From Phaeosaccion multiseriatum (Eukaryota > Protista > Ochrophyta, other classes): 64,000 nucleotides of DNA. The notes under the pieces were generated by a model. That model did no database searches, was not told the DNA's origin, and worked only from the letters and a program-made list of their open reading frames with translations. Made by a program: the position numbers and the translations under genes. The stretch spans positions 3,162,001-3,226,000 of the forward strand of contig OZ218959.1 of assembly GCA_965112735.1 (NCBI GenBank). The letters are read 5' to 3'. Positions 1 to 13,360 of the stretch are shown here, piece after piece; positions within the stretch are counted from its first letter, which is position 1, and each line of letters starts with the position of its first letter.

Positions 1-456
1 GAGGGAGGGAGGGAGGGAGGGAGGAAGGGAGGTAGATAAGGAGGGAGAGAGGGAGGTAGTTAGGGAGAGAGGAAGGGAGGGAGGGAGGTAGATAGATAAG
101 GAGGGAGAGAGGGAGGGAGGGAGGGAGGGAGGGGTGAGGGGGGCGGAAGAGGGCACACAAGACGCAGAAACACGCAAGGCAAGAGAGGAGGCACAAAGCA
201 GGGAACCACGGAACAGGGGCGGGGAAGCGGGGAAGCGGGGAAGCTCGCTGTCAATGCTGTAGTGAGTAAGTCCCTTCTTCTCCTCCATGCTTCAGGGGAG
301 GGGAGGGAGGCCGAGTGAAGGTGAAGGGGACGACGAAGGGGGGGGGGTAGGCCGGTACTGCTGCATGCGAGCCTCCAATTGTGGCCTTGTATTGCCCCAC
401 ACTTGCCCCCCCCCCCACCCACCCAAGGAGACCCAAGGAGACCCAAGGACACTCAC

Positions 457-3400
457 CTCCAGGAGGGCGTGCAACTCTTCGATCCTTTCATATCTAGCGT
501 TGCGGTTGTCCTTCCACACCTGTAGCTCCTGCTCCACAGCATCTTCAAGCTCCGGCCCGGGCAAGAGTAATCTTCCCGCCCCCCCATCCTCGAACCCGCG
601 CCTGAAGCGAGAGAGGGGGGGAGAAGGGAGAAAGAGGGGGATAAGATGGGAGAAAAAGGGAGAGAGGGAGAGAGTAAGCAGCAAGCGCGAAGGTGAATGT
701 CTGGGAGATGGAGACATACGGCCCTGACCAGGGCACCATAGTCAGTCAGTCAGTCAGTCAGTCAGTCAGTCAGTCAATCACCCCTAGACACAACTCTTGC
801 TCCCCCTTCCACCTCCGCACATTTCGTGAACATCACTACCACGAGGGTGATCCCCCCCCCGTCTCCGTGCATTTCTGATGTCTTGGCATCATCTGACTCG
901 CATATCCCCCCCCTCATCTCTCTCTCTCTCCCTCTCTCACCCTCCCTCCCTCCCCCCCCTCCCCTCTCTCCCTCTCTCCCTCCCTTCGCCTCTGTCTCTC
1001 CCTCTCTCTCTCTGTCTCTCTCTCCCGCTCCCTCTCACCACTTCATACCTGACACCTGACACCTGATACCTGATACCTGACAACTGATACTTGATACCTG
1101 ACACCTGACACCTGACACCTAACACCTCATACCTCACACCTAACACTTGACACCTGACACCTGACACCTGACATCTCACCTGATGTCCTCTCGGACCTGC
1201 TGCTCCCCTTCCAGCTCCTGCCCCACGCTCTGCAAATGCCTCTCCAATAGCTCCATCGCACCAACGAGCTCGTCGCGGATGGCAGCGTCGCCCCCCTCAC
1301 CCTCTTTGCCCTCATCATCCCTTGCAACGGAAGTGCCGTTGTCGCCGTCGCTCTCCCCCCCACCGGCGTTGGTGGTTCGGCCTCGCTTTCTCGTCACACA
1401 CTTGGCGAGTACCTTGAGTAAAGGGGGGGGGGGGTAGCGTTGATTGGAGGTCGGGGAGGAGGTGGAGGGGGGGTGGGGAAGAGGTGAGGAAGAGGTTAAG
1501 GAGAGGTGGGGAAGAGGTGACGAAGAGGTTAAGGAGAGGTGGGGAAGAGGTGAGGGAGAGGTTAAGGAGAGGTGGGGAAGAGGTGAGGAAGAGGTTAAGG
1601 AGAGGTGGGGAAGGGGTGAGGAAGAGGTTAAGGAGAGTGGGGAAGAGGTGAGGTGACGAAGAGGTTAAGGAGAGGTGGGGAAGAGGTGACGAAGAGGTTA
1701 AGGAGAGGTGGGGAAGAGGTGAGGGAGAGGTTAAGGAGAGTGGGGAAGAGGTGAGGTGAGGAAGAGGTTAAGGAGAGGTGGGGAAGAGGTGACGAAGAGG
1801 TTAAGGAGAGGTGGAGAAGAGGTTAAGGAGAGGTGGAGAAGAGGTGACGAAGAGGTAAGGGGAGGTGGGGAAGAGGTGAGGAAGAGGTTAAGAAGAGGTG
1901 ACGAAGAGGTTAAGGAGAGGTGGGGAAGAGGTGAGGAAGAGGTTAAGGAGAGGTGGGGAAGAGGTGAGGAAGAGGTTAAGGAGAGGTGGGGAAGAGGTGA
2001 GGGAGAGGTTAAGGAGAGTGGGGAAGAGGTGAGGAGAGGAAGAGGTTAAGGAGAGGTGGGGAAGAGGTGACGAAGAGGTTAAGGAGAGGTGGAGAAGAGG
2101 TTAAGGAGAGGTGGAGAAGAGGTGACGAAGAGGTAAGGGGAGGTGGGGAAGAGGTGAGGAAGAGGTTAAGGAGAGGTGGAGAAGAGGTGACGAAGAGGTT
2201 AAGGAGAGGTGGAGAAGAGGTGACGAAGAGGTGAGGAAGAGGTTAAGGAGAGTGGGGAAGAGGTGAGGTGAGGAAGAGGTTAAGGAGAGGTGGGGAAGAG
2301 GTGACGAAGAGGTTAAGGAGAGGTGGAGAAGAGGTTAAGGAGAGGTGGAGAAGAGGTGACGAAGAGGTAAGGGGAGGTGGGGAAGAGGTGAGGAGAGGTG
2401 GGGAAGAGGTTGCAGACTGAGAGCGACGTAGGGCAGGGAGGGCTGATGTGATTCTGAGGCGTCTCCGCGACACTCTGGGTATGGGTACAACACAACAAGA
2501 AAACCATTTGTCTCTGCAGGTTCGGGTTCGCCACACTACTGCGCGTCTCTTGGGAGGGATGGAGGGAGGGAGGGAGAGAGGGGAGGGAGGGAGCAAAGGG
2601 AGAGGGGGAAGGGCGGGAGGGAGAGGAGGGAGGGAGGGAGGGAGGGAGGAAGGAGAGGGAGGGGAAGAGAGGGGGAACGGGGGATCTCCTACCTTGGAGA
2701 GGAAGGGCGGGTCCTCTTCGAAGGTGTTGAAAAGAGCACGAAGGCCCTTCAGCACAGAGGAGTCGCCGCAGAGGAAGCAGCTCCAGGGGTGAGAAGGCCC
2801 GTATGCCTCCAGCCGTCTGAACTCATCCCTGCCCAGATTGTTGAGGATGCATCGGTCGCAAAACGCCCTGCCAGGACAGGACAGAGGACAGAAGGAAGGA
2901 AGGAGGGAGGGAGGAGAGAGGGAGGGAGGGATTCAATTCACACGAGGGAAGAGCATACGAATTCGACGGGAGAGAGGAGAGAGAGGAGAGGAGAGGTGTG
3001 AAGTGGTGAAGGGAGGGGGGCGGAGAGGATAGAGGGTAAAAGAGAAGAGAGGAGAGCAGACGGGGGAGGTGGTGAAGGGAGAGGGAGAGAGAGAGGAGAG
3101 AAGAAGGGAGAAGAAAACGTGGGAGGTGATGAAGGGAGGGGAGGTGAGATGAGATAAGTGGAGAGAGAGAGAGGAGGGAAGAGGCGAAAAGATGTGGGAG
3201 GTGGCGAACACACACTGCCCCTTCCTTCCCCACCTCTAACCCGCCAATTGACTCCCGGCGCCGTGGACTTACCCTGGGCACGCGCCGTTGTCACATTCAA
3301 AGAGTTCGCCGTCGGGGACATCTCCACACCAGCAGCAGTAAATCGGTACGCCCGTCTCTCCAGGTTTGCCTGCTGTATCACCAACTGCTGTTGCTGCTGT

Positions 3401-4127
3401 TGCTGCTGCTGCTGCTGCTGCCGCCGTCCTCCTCTCGTCGCCGCTCAGGAGGTGTCGGGGAAGGTCAGTCTGGAGAGCTGAATAGCAGTCTGTACACACG
3501 GCGATGCCAGGAATCCTCGGGTGCTCCTGTATCTCGTATATGCCGGTTGAAAGGTCCACCTGCCTCGCCGAGACGAAAGAGAGTGGAGGTGGGGGGAAGG
3601 GGGGGGGTGGTGTCGAAGGCATACAGACCTGGGGTTGGTACGCTTTCGGAGGGAGGGACCCGAGGAGGGCCTGCTTTAGCATTCGGTCTTTCGGTGAGGC
3701 GGGGGGGGAGCATCTGGCTCTAAGACGGGGGGTGGGGCGGGGGGCACCGTACAGCGGTCCCTTGTGCTCCCGAGGATCAAAATCGATATCACCCTTTGCC
3801 CGAGGCGCCACAGGATGTGAGTGACTTGCATCATTGGCTCGACCCTCTTACCTGGCAGACGACGCAGGAAAGCACAGACGGTGCCTCGCCCTCTTCCTCT
3901 CCCTCTCCCCCCTCCCCTCCCCCCATGCCTGTTCCCGCGCTTCCCGGGCCTTCCAGTTCGTCGCCCTCCATGTCTTCCCCCCCCCCCTGCCCAGCAGATA
4001 CTGAGAATACAACGTCTTCTCCTGCATCCGCTTCTCCGTCTCCTCCCGCTTGGGCGCTCTGCTGCTCTTGCTGCTGATGCTCCTGGTGGTGCTGCCGCTC
4101 GAGCCCCTCTCCGCCCTCCTCCGCCAT
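457..4127 (-). CDS. ATRX: ATRX-like chromatin remodeller, N-terminal part with ADD zinc-finger domain (partial; continues beyond left edge)
   Basis: GT-AG exons at about 4127-3852, 3559-3273, 2867-2693, 1412-1180 and 601-457 splice in frame. They give CVVCQ/VDL..EHPRIPGIAVCTDC...YCCWCGD..GELFECD..CPGAFCDRCILNNLG..WSCFLC, the GATA-like plus PHD Cys pattern of the ADD domain. The following helix (QVREDIR..ELEDAVEQELQVWKD..IEELHALLE) resembles the plant-type ATRX N-terminus. The helicase part is not in the window. Confidence 0.75.
1048..1172. repeat. (CCTGACA)n 7-bp minisatellite at the 5' end of an intron of the ATRX-like gene
   Basis: Directly visible tandem cctgaca/cctgata units; on the gene strand they read (CAGGTGT)n. 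Confidence 0.9.
1471..2410. repeat. Purine-rich intronic minisatellite (GAAGAGGTTAAGGAGAGGTGGGGAAGAGGTGA-like units)
   Basis: About 940 bp of variant tandem units, almost C-free on the + strand, inside ATRX-like intron 1413-2692. Confidence 0.9.
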
Positions 4128-4370
4128 CGTTCCTGCCCCGTATTTCCTCTGCCCTCGCCCTATCCGGCTGTCATCATCACGGACCACCACAAGCAATGGT
4201 CCTATTCACATCTCCATCTCCTGCTGCTACTGTTTTTTCGCTTTACTCACTGGGCCTTCAAAAACAGGATAAGGATGACCAACACGTGAGCGTCGTCGTA
4301 ACGCTCACAGAACCTTCTTCGTTTTCGATTTTCCCTCTCTTATTAACCCCTGTTTTGTCTTTAGGAATGA

Positions 4371-5125
4371 ATGCCTGCTAATGTGAATGACGAGGTGGCT
4401 CCGTCGGTGGTCCCCAGCCTCGTCGTTGCTGTGCCCGCTCTTATCTGCATTGTCTGTGTTGCTATGTAAGTCTTTTTCCTTCCTTTTTTTCTCCCTTCCC
4501 CCCCCCCCCCCCTTCTTGTGTCCTCAGACTGTCCTTCCCATGTTGGGAGCCTGAGCTGTGGAACTTTATTGTATGTCCTTCCCGTCAGCCCTTCTTCCCG
4601 TCAAATATTTACTGAGCAGCAGTGGCTGAACTTCACTTTGGCATCAGCTCCTCATCGTCCCCTCCTTCCCCTTTCTCTTGTCTTCAGACTACTCGTTTAC
4701 CGCTGCATGGCGAACAGGAGGAGGAGAAGACTGGAGTATGAGGAGGAGGAGAGCAGGAAGATGGAGTTGAGGATGTGGACATCCCCTCCCTCCCTCCTCG
4801 AAGAGGATGCAGCAGACATGAGAAGAATGGAGGAGGAAACCGGCCTGATAGTGCCAGACTGGGTAAGAACCCCCGCTAGATAAACCTGTAGATTAGGACA
4901 CTGCTTGACTCCTGAAGAGAGTCAGAGGATGCCCGTCTCTCACTACTCACGTCGTCTTACACTCACCCCCCCCCTTCCCTGACTGGCCAACCCTTCCTTC
5001 CGCTCTGATGAATGACCGGTCCGCAGGTCAAGAGCAGCAGGGTCGGCACCGCAGCCATCGCCTCCATCGGACTAGGGAGGGACTACAAATGGTCACAGCT
5101 CCGGGGATCCCGTGTTGAATTGTGA
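4371..5125 (+). CDS. Small single-pass membrane protein (~122 aa, 3 exons), unknown function
   Basis: Exons 4371-4465, 4688-4862 and 5027-5125 join in frame across GT-AG introns: MPANVNDEVAPSVVPSLVVAVPALICIVCVAILLVYRCMANRRRRRLEYEEEE...DW/VKSS...RVEL*. A hydrophobic helix is followed by a basic stop-transfer cluster. Confidence 0.65.
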
Positions 5126-5358
5126 GGCTCGTAGTGAGAAATGTACAATGGAAAAAAAAAATATAAAAAAAAATCTATTTACACGTTATTGTCCAGCCGC
5201 CGACGGTCTGTGGTCTCCCGAGAGAGCTCTGCCCATTTTCTCTTTCCCCTCTCCTCTCCACTTCCCCCCTCCTCACTCCTCACGCATAGACCTTCTCAGT
5301 CCCCTCCCCAAACTACTTAGTACATGGAATTGCGTCCAGCCTTGTCATGGAAAGCCCC

Positions 5359-5398
<40 letters not shown>

Positions 5399-5719
5399 TG
5401 TGTGTGAGTGTGTGTGTGAGTGTGTGTGTGTGTGAGTGTGTTTGTGTGTGTGTATGGGTATGTGTGTGTGTGTGTGTGTGCGTGTGTCTATGTGTGTGTA
5501 TGTGTGTGTGTGTGTGCGTGTATGTGTGTATATGTGTGTGTGTGTGTGCGTGTGTCTCCAGCGAGACAGACAGCATCCCCTGCACCATCGTTTGTCCAGG
5601 CCAGGCTAGGTGGGTGGGTGGCCGATCCGCAAAGTGTAGTCCGACACACCCCGCCCCGTCCGGCCTCCTCCCGCGAGCAAGAGGGCCCCTTTCCCCCCCT
5701 CCCCCCCCCCTCCCTCCGT

Positions 5720-8069
5720 CTAGTCCTCACTTCCTCCTCCCTCCTCCTCCCAGCCTCCGACCGTGGCATCGGCGTTCACAGTCACCGTGACCTCCTCCTC
5801 CCCCCCCTCCTCCTCCTCCTCCTCGTATCCGCTGTAGCGGCCTTGCCTCAGCGCTTCTTTAGCCCGCATCTGCTCATACTTACGCGTCTCCGCCGCCAAA
5901 CTCTCCTCCGCCCCCGCCATGTTGGCCTCTGCTGAGGCGAGTCGTTCACGTGCCTTAATCTCCGGCCGAATCCGGCAGGAGCGGTTTGGGGTCACGTCAC
6001 CGAACTATGAGAGAGCAAAGCAAAAACACACACATGAAAGCAGCCGTTACACAACGTTACACACGCACACGCACGTGGCAAGCCCCATAGGTCAGGTGGG
6101 GCCTGGGGGTGGGGGCGAACATTCACGTAACTATCACGTAACAATTACGTAACTATCACAGAATAGGGGGACACTTTAGAGGGGAAGGCTGCCCTCCCGA
6201 GGGGGGCGGGCGGCGATGTCACTGCGAGGAGAGGAATCCTCCTTTCCCACTTCAGTCCGAAGGACGTGGCTTGTACCTCTCCGACCCCCCCCCCCCCCCC
6301 CCTAATCCTCTCCTCTCCTCTGTCTCCCTCTACATGTACCGCAGTGCCGTTTGCCTCAGCCCCTCTGCCAAGGAGGGCCGACAGAGTCGCGCGCTCCATC
6401 CAAACCTTGTGAGTAAGTAACCTTGCACACACACACGCACGCACGCACCCACTCACCCACCCACACGCACCCACACGCACCCATAAGCACACACGTACAC
6501 ACGCACGCACGCACGCACTCACCCACCCACCCACACGCACCCACACGCACCCATAAGCACACACGTACGCACGCACGCACGTACGCACCCACTCACTCAC
6601 TCACACGCACCCACACGCACCTTGTACTGGTAGCTGCACTGCTCTGGATCCCCGCAGATGGGCTTCTTTTTGTGCCAGCTCTCCAGGGGGGCGAAGATGC
6701 ACTCGGCGTCCGTCTTGGGGATTACCCTCTGCGTGAAGAAGCGCCAGCTCGCCTTGCTCACAGACCCAACCGAGGACCCCAACTTCTCCAGCAAGGACAC
6801 GTCGTCTCCGCTCGTGGGGTCGCAGTAGGGGTTGTACTCGTCGACTCGAAGCGTGCGGCAGGAGCGGCCTTTCGAAGAGAAGGAGGGGAGAGGAAGGGCC
6901 ATAGCGATGGGTGGGTAGGGGGATGGGATGACGTTGGTTTGTGAGGCGAGAAAGAGGGCGAGGGATTCACGGAAGGAGCAGAACGGGTGCTCTCCCTAGC
7001 CTCCTTCCCCTCGCCCCCCCATTGGGTGCTGATCTCCACCGTCCACCTGGAGGGCTCTAGACAGCCTCAAGTCAAAGGGTGGTGTGTGTGTGTGTGCGCT
7101 CTCCGCTTGAGACTAAAGAAATGAAGTCCCAGGCAAAAGACAGCCTCAACCCCTCCTGCGAAATCCCGCACCCCCCCCCCCCCCCCCCCTCTCTCTCTCT
7201 CTTGGTGCACCGATTGGTGCTCCGTACTCACTCGGCCAGTAGTCGCCAAACTTGGGGTGCCATGCGCACTGGCACTGTGGCTCACAGCGCCAATGGCCCC
7301 AGTCCCAGCTACACTCCGGGTCGGTGCGAGGCGTGAGCTGCGTGTTGACCCACTCCACCGCGATCCTCCCTACCCGCTCAAGCAGAGCCTCCTCCTCCCC
7401 TTGCACCTCCGACCCCCGACCTGCAGAGGGAGGAGGAGGAGGAGGAGGAGGAGGAGGAGGAGGAGGAGGAGGAGGAGGAGGAGGAGGAGGAGGAGGAGGA
7501 GGAGGAGGAGGAGGAGGAGGAGGGGAGGGGGTCGTTAAGCAGGGTATGGGGTGGGGCCGGGGAGAGGCGCAGAGGAGATGGCGTTTGGGCGGGGAGGATG
7601 GAAGGGGGGGGTAGGGTGGAGAGAAGAGCAGGGAAGGGGAGAGGAGAGGAGGGGGGGGGGGGGGAGCGTGCGGGCAACAGGACGGTGCGCAGGCTTGAAA
7701 GGAGCAATAGAAGGGGGGCGGCGTGGGGGGGAAGGAAGAGGCGATGAGGCCAACCAATAACGTAGACTCTAACTGAGCCCCAGTAGGCCTACCTGAGGCA
7801 GAAGGCGTTGAGTACACAGCCCGCTCATCCACCCGCGCAACCGCTAGGGCCTTGTCCAACATCTCCAGCTCCAGCCGCTTCATGACCAGCTCCCGCACCT
7901 CGTCCGAGGTCACATCCTCCAGCACACGCTCCATCATGTCCTTGTCTACTTGGATGTCTATCGCCGCCTGCGCGTCCACAAACAGGCCAGGGAAGAGGGC
8001 CTGGGGGCGGAGCATGACCAACACCGACGCCTGCCACCAGAGGAGCAGAAGACAGCACCTCCGCCCCAT
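5720..8069 (-). CDS. Putative secreted protein with two Cys/Trp-rich repeats, unknown function
   Basis: Exons 8069-7793, 7420-7232, 6868-6621 and 6004-5720. N-terminus is signal-like (MGRRCCLLLLWWQASVLVML). Two homologous modules: PRTDPECSWDWGHWRCEPQCQCAWHPKFGDYWPSRSCR and PKTDAECIF...CGDPEQCSYQYKFGDVTPNRSCR. Confidence 0.7.
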
Positions 8070-8778
8070 ATTGCGCCCAGTGCCTTTACTGCTTCTTGTG
8101 ATACTTCTTGTCCTACTCCCACTCGTGTCGCTACCGCTACTGGTGCTGCCGATGAGGCTGATTCTCCCTTCTCTTTTTCTCCTCCGCAGCACCGCCCCCT
8201 TCCCATTCCCTGCCGCTGCGTTCCATGACCTGTGTTGGGCCAGCACCACCATCTTCGAGCCTGTTCCTGCTGTACACAAGGAAGGGGATCTCCCAAAGCC
8301 CTCTGTCGGGCTCTGCTACCCTCTGGAGGGGAGGCGTAGGCTTATAGCAATGCAAGATTGAGCTATAAAGCAAAAAAAAATGAAGGAAAACGAGTCATCA
8401 CAAATGGCGAAAACGAGTTGGCTCTTCGCCACGTGTCATAATAGATTTATGACCATCATTTTTAAATATACATCATTGGATAGCCCCCCCGCCCGATAAT
8501 ACACGGTTCTGAGGGGCTCCACCTCGTGGATAATCGAACCTTACTGACCTCAAGCATCTTCTCATCTACCATCTCACATGCTTTATTTTTTATTTTTTTA
8601 TTAAATCTATTAGGTTCTACATGTCTGTGCTGCTCCCCGCTCCCACCCCAGCCTCTGTAGGGACAAAGCCAAAGTGGAGACACAGGACGAAGCCAGCAAC
8701 CCCCTAACAGCAGTAAAATCGCCCCCCTTCTCGTCCAGCCCTTCCTCGCCTTCGTCCTTCCCATTCGTGCCCTGGCCT

Positions 8779-11700
8779 TCACTCGCCCTCCTCCTCCTCC
8801 TCCTCCTCCTCCTCCTCCTCCTCCTCCTCCTCTTCCTCCTCGCCCTCCTCCTCCTCCCCCACCCCCTCCATCATGAGGGGCTCCAGCAGGGGCGCTCGCA
8901 GCAGAGGCAGATCAGCAGCGTCGGGGCTGACTAAGCCGAGCAAAGTCTCCTTGTCCTGACGGGCAGCACAAGAATTGGGGGGGCAGGGTGAGGAGCAAGC
9001 ACGGGGGAGTAGACAGGCAATACAGCTGCACATCGGGAGGAGAGAGAGGGGGGGGTGGGGAGAGAGATAGGGAGAGAGAGAAAGAGAGAGGCGAAATGCT
9101 TCCTTCCTTCCCTTCCTCCCCACCCACCAAGGCGACGGTGAGGGGAACGAGCTCCGCGAGCACGAACAAGACCTGCATCATGCAAAGCAAAGAGGATAGA
9201 GGGGCACGCCGGAGGAGGGGGAGGAGAAGTGTGAGGCGAAGGCACGGTTTCGAAGAGCGTACTGTGCCTGCGCTGCGGTTTTCCTCCGCCCCCCCCTCCC
9301 GTGGGGCCGTACGCCCCACTCACGCGCCCACCCTCACTCACCCACTCACTCACTCACTCACTCACTCACTCACTCACTCACTCACTCACTCACTCACTCA
9401 CCCACTCACTCGCTCACTCACTCACTCACTCACTCACCCACTCACCCACTCACTCGCTCACTCACTCACTCACTCACTCACTCACTCACTCACTCACTCA
9501 CTCACTCACTCACTCACTCACTCACCCAATCACTCACTCACTCACCCACTCACTCACTCACCCACACACTCGCTCACCCACTCACTCACTCACTCACTCA
9601 CTCACTCACTCACTCACTCACTCACCCAATCACTCACTCACTCACCCACTCACTCACTCACCCACACACTCGCTCACTCACTCACTCACTCACTCACTCA
9701 CTCACTCACCCACACACTCGCTCACCCACTCACTCACTCACTCACTCACTCACTCACTCACTCACTCACTCACTCACTCACCCAATCACTCACTCACTCA
9801 CTCACCCAATCACTCACTCACTCACCCACTCACTCACTCACCCACTCACTCGCTCACCCACTCACTCGCTCACTCACTCACTCACTCACTCACTCACTCA
9901 CTCACTCACCCACACACTCGCTCACCCACTCACTCACTCACTCACTCACTCACTCACTCACTCACTCACTCACTCACTCACTCACTCACTCACTCACTCA
10001 CCCAATCACTCACTCACTCACTCACCCAATCACTCACTCACTCACCCACTCACTCACTCACTCACTCACTCACTCACTCACTCACCCACTCACTCACTCA
10101 CTCACTCACTCACTCACTCACTCACTCACTCACTCACTCACTCACCCAATCACTCACTCACTCACTCACTCACTCACTCACTCACTCACCACGACGAGCA
10201 CGGAGGTCTCTTGCATGCTGTTGGCGATGTTGGTGAGGAAATGCGAGTTGCGCACCACAAGAAGGCTGAACACGCCCCACAGGACACGGCCTGCGCAGAG
10301 GGGAGGGAGGGAGGAAGGAAGGGAGGAAGGATGAATACTCTCTCACGTACTCACCCACCCACCCTCCCACCCACCCACCTACCCACGCACTCACTCACTC
10401 ACTCACTCACTCACTCACTCATTCACTCATTCACTCACTCACTCACTCACTCACTCACTCACTCACTCGCTCATTCACTCACTCACTCACTCACTCACTC
10501 ACTCACTCACTCATTCACTCACTCACTCACTTACATACACACTCACTCACTCACTCACTCACTCACTCACTCACTCACTTACATACACACTTACTCACTT
10601 CACACACACTCACCTGCTGTCCACACCAAGGCGCATCGGGAGATCCTCTCTAAGCGCCGCTTTGCCGCTGCAGAGGAGAATGGGAAGCCTTGGGGATACG
10701 TCCAGGGCAGAGGCAAGTGGAGGCATACAGGTGGACAGAGGCAAGTGGAGGCATACAGGTGGGCAGAGGCAAGTGGAGGCATACAGGTGGGCAGAGGCAA
10801 GTGGAGGCATACAGGTGGACGGTCAGCTGACAAGACAAAGGGGGCCAGCCGGCGAGCCACCCACCGCTCGCTCAAGCTTGGCGCCTCACTCCCAACGGAA
10901 GAGGTACGGTGGTGTAAGTACCTCTCCCACCACCCCATTCGCTCCCTCCTAACCTCTCTCCCTCCCTCCCTCACTCCCTCCCTCCCTCCCTCCCTCCCTC
11001 CCTCCCTCCCTCCCTCCCTCCCTCCCTCACTAGCTCACTCACTCACCCACTATACATCTGACTCGCTCTCTCAACCACTCACTCACTGCCCCTGCCCCTC
11101 CTGCCCTCCCTCACCCCATTCACGCAGGCTCCACAATGACTGTACCTGAGAAGGATACGGTGGTGAAAAAATATGTGCCCAAGATTGCGACTGTTGCCCC
11201 ACGGTGGTGAGAAGAGACAGGAAGGAGGGTTACACCACCATGGGGCGGTGATGGGAGAGGGAGAGGAGGGGGAGGGAGAGGAAGAGCAGAGGCGGCGAGC
11301 GAACGACACAGTACCGAGGGGAGGGAGGGCGCAGCGGGGGAGAGGAGGGGCTTCTCTTAGAGGTGCGACAAGGCGAATAGAATGGGCGAGGCAGCGGGGC
11401 AGCGGGGCAGCGACCACCCCCGGGGTGGAGCAGAGTGAAGCAGGCAGGAGGCAGGCAGGAAGCAGGCAGGAAGAGGCAGGAGGAAGGCGGGCAGGCACAT
11501 CTCTAGGACGTCCGACCCACTTGTCGCTCAGGCATGGAGAGGAGGAGAGAAGGAGAGAAGCTCCCACCCACACACTCACTCACTTACTCACTCACAGAAG
11601 CTCCGACTCACTCACTCACTCACTCACTCACTCACTCACTCACTCACTCACTCACTCACTCATTCACTCACTTACTCACTCACTCACTCACTCACTCACT

Positions 11701-12860
11701 CCCTCACTCACTCCCTCACTCATTCACTCACTTACTCAGTCCCTCACTCAGTCACTCACACTCACTCATTCACTCACCCGGGAGGATGAAGTTGAGGGCC
11801 GTCTGGACGAGGTACATGACGTGCAAGGTAACGTCCTGTAGCACGCACACACGCACGCACGCACACACGCACGCACGCACGCACACGAACACACAGACGC
11901 ACACACACACAAAGACCGTGTTAGGAGTCTTTGGACAGTTCCGGATGGACTGAGGCGGACGGGCAGGTACGTCACAAATGACAAGTGCAGTGCCTTCCCC
12001 GCCAAATCCCCCACCCCACCTCGTCAAAGTTCGGTAATAGAAGGCAGCAGTAGAGAGCGGCCTGCCCGGCGTACAGCAGCACATTCAGCACGAGGTAGGC
12101 GAGCACCCAGGTTCGCTTGTAGCGCCTCGACGAGATCCAATGTTGCCGAGAGGTCAGGAACACCTCCGCCCACACCACCGCCAGCAGTGCGTAGCAAGAG
12201 ACCATCAGGAAGTCCGGCAAGTCAAACAGCACCAAGCTGAGTGGGAAGTGGGCGACAAGACAATACCAAGGGTAAGAAAGGCACTTTATTACACACTGCA
12301 AGGCAGGGGGTGCGAGGGTTTCGTCCGACGAAAGGGGGGGGGCTCAGATCAACTCACTAAGATAATCTGTGGCAAGGGGTGCGGGGACTCGTTCTACTCA
12401 TAAAGGGAAAGATTTGGATCACTCACATAAGCTTGTCGTAGAACCTCTCGTCCGCATGGTTTACGTTGTCGCTCTTCCAATTGAGCAGCCCTAACAGAAG
12501 GGGGATGAAGTGTAGAGAGAAAGCACTCCACGGTGACGTTTCGGGAGGGAGGCAAGAGAGGAGAAGAGGGGACACGAGAGGAAGAGCCTACTTACCAATA
12601 CTGGCAAAGCACACGAACCGAAGACATGTCGCCAGGAGTAGAGTTTGTACGAAGAGCTGAAGGGTGTTCAGGGTGTTAGGATTATTGGTTTGGGCAGATT
12701 TCCCTTCCCCATCTCCCACGTGCGCCTCGGCCTGCCGCTGCTGCTGCTGCTGCTTCTGCCGTCGTCGTAGAGCCACCAGCCTCCCAGAAGTGTGGAAGAC
12801 GGCGAGAAGGTACAGAAAGGCCAAGATAAAGGTCCCCGCCCCAAGCTCGTCCAGCAACAT
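8779..12860 (-). CDS. THH1/TOM1/TOM3 (DUF1084)-like multi-pass membrane protein
   Basis: Spliced hydrophobic exons: FILAFLYLLAVF..LFVQTLLLATCLRFVCF; LVLFDLPDFLMVSCYALLAVVWAEVF..VLAYLVLNVLLY; GFPFSSAAAKRRLERI..LVWT; VLFVLAELVP. The DLP..F.S.Y.LL...WAE and GFP....R..L motifs are typical of the family. Acidic C-terminal tail. Confidence 0.75.
9331..10188. repeat. (CACT)n microsatellite, ~860 bp, intronic; reads (GTGA)n from the donor site on the gene strand
   Basis: Directly visible; further tracts at 10385-10600 and 11570-11777. Confidence 0.95.
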
Positions 12861-13360
12861 GACTTCAACCTCTCTTCTCGGGAACGAGAATCCAAGTCTT
12901 CATCGCCTCCCAAAGGGAGGTACGAAGATGGAAAGGGAAGGATAAGTGTTAGAGGAAGGAGGAGAGAGAGAGAGAGAGAGAGAAGAAAAGGCTCTTGACT
13001 GAGGGACGAGAAAAAGATCAGAAAAATGTCAACAGGCTCGTCTAGTGCCATCGGCGTTACGGAATCCAAACCTGCAGTGTACCCTTGTTGATGAATGTAA
13101 CAGTGTCAACACACAGCCCGTTGAAGGGAAAAGTGTGGTGGGTCCAGGCGCGATGAGTCAGCGTACGCTCGACCTCAGTATGAGGCCCGCTGAGGCAAAG
13201 GTAAGGGAGGGATGAAGAAGAGAATGCGACCTTACCCATCGCTGAAAGACGCGTTCTCATTCGGTGCATCACACTGTGTCCATGCATGCCTTGATCCTCG
13301 CAGTGGGAAGGAGGACATGCGCTGTGGGCGAAGAGCGACGAGGAGACCAGCGCAAAGGGC

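Noticed and set aside
1471-2410. TTAAGG-containing G-rich array as a telomeric repeat
   Set aside because: Units are ~30-bp composite minisatellites inside an intron, not tandem telomere hexamers.
8988-11149. Long ORFs of (THSL)n, and similar (MYVC)n, (PPSL)n and (GGRE)n ORFs elsewhere
   Set aside because: They are translations of stop-free intronic microsatellites that overlap real genes.
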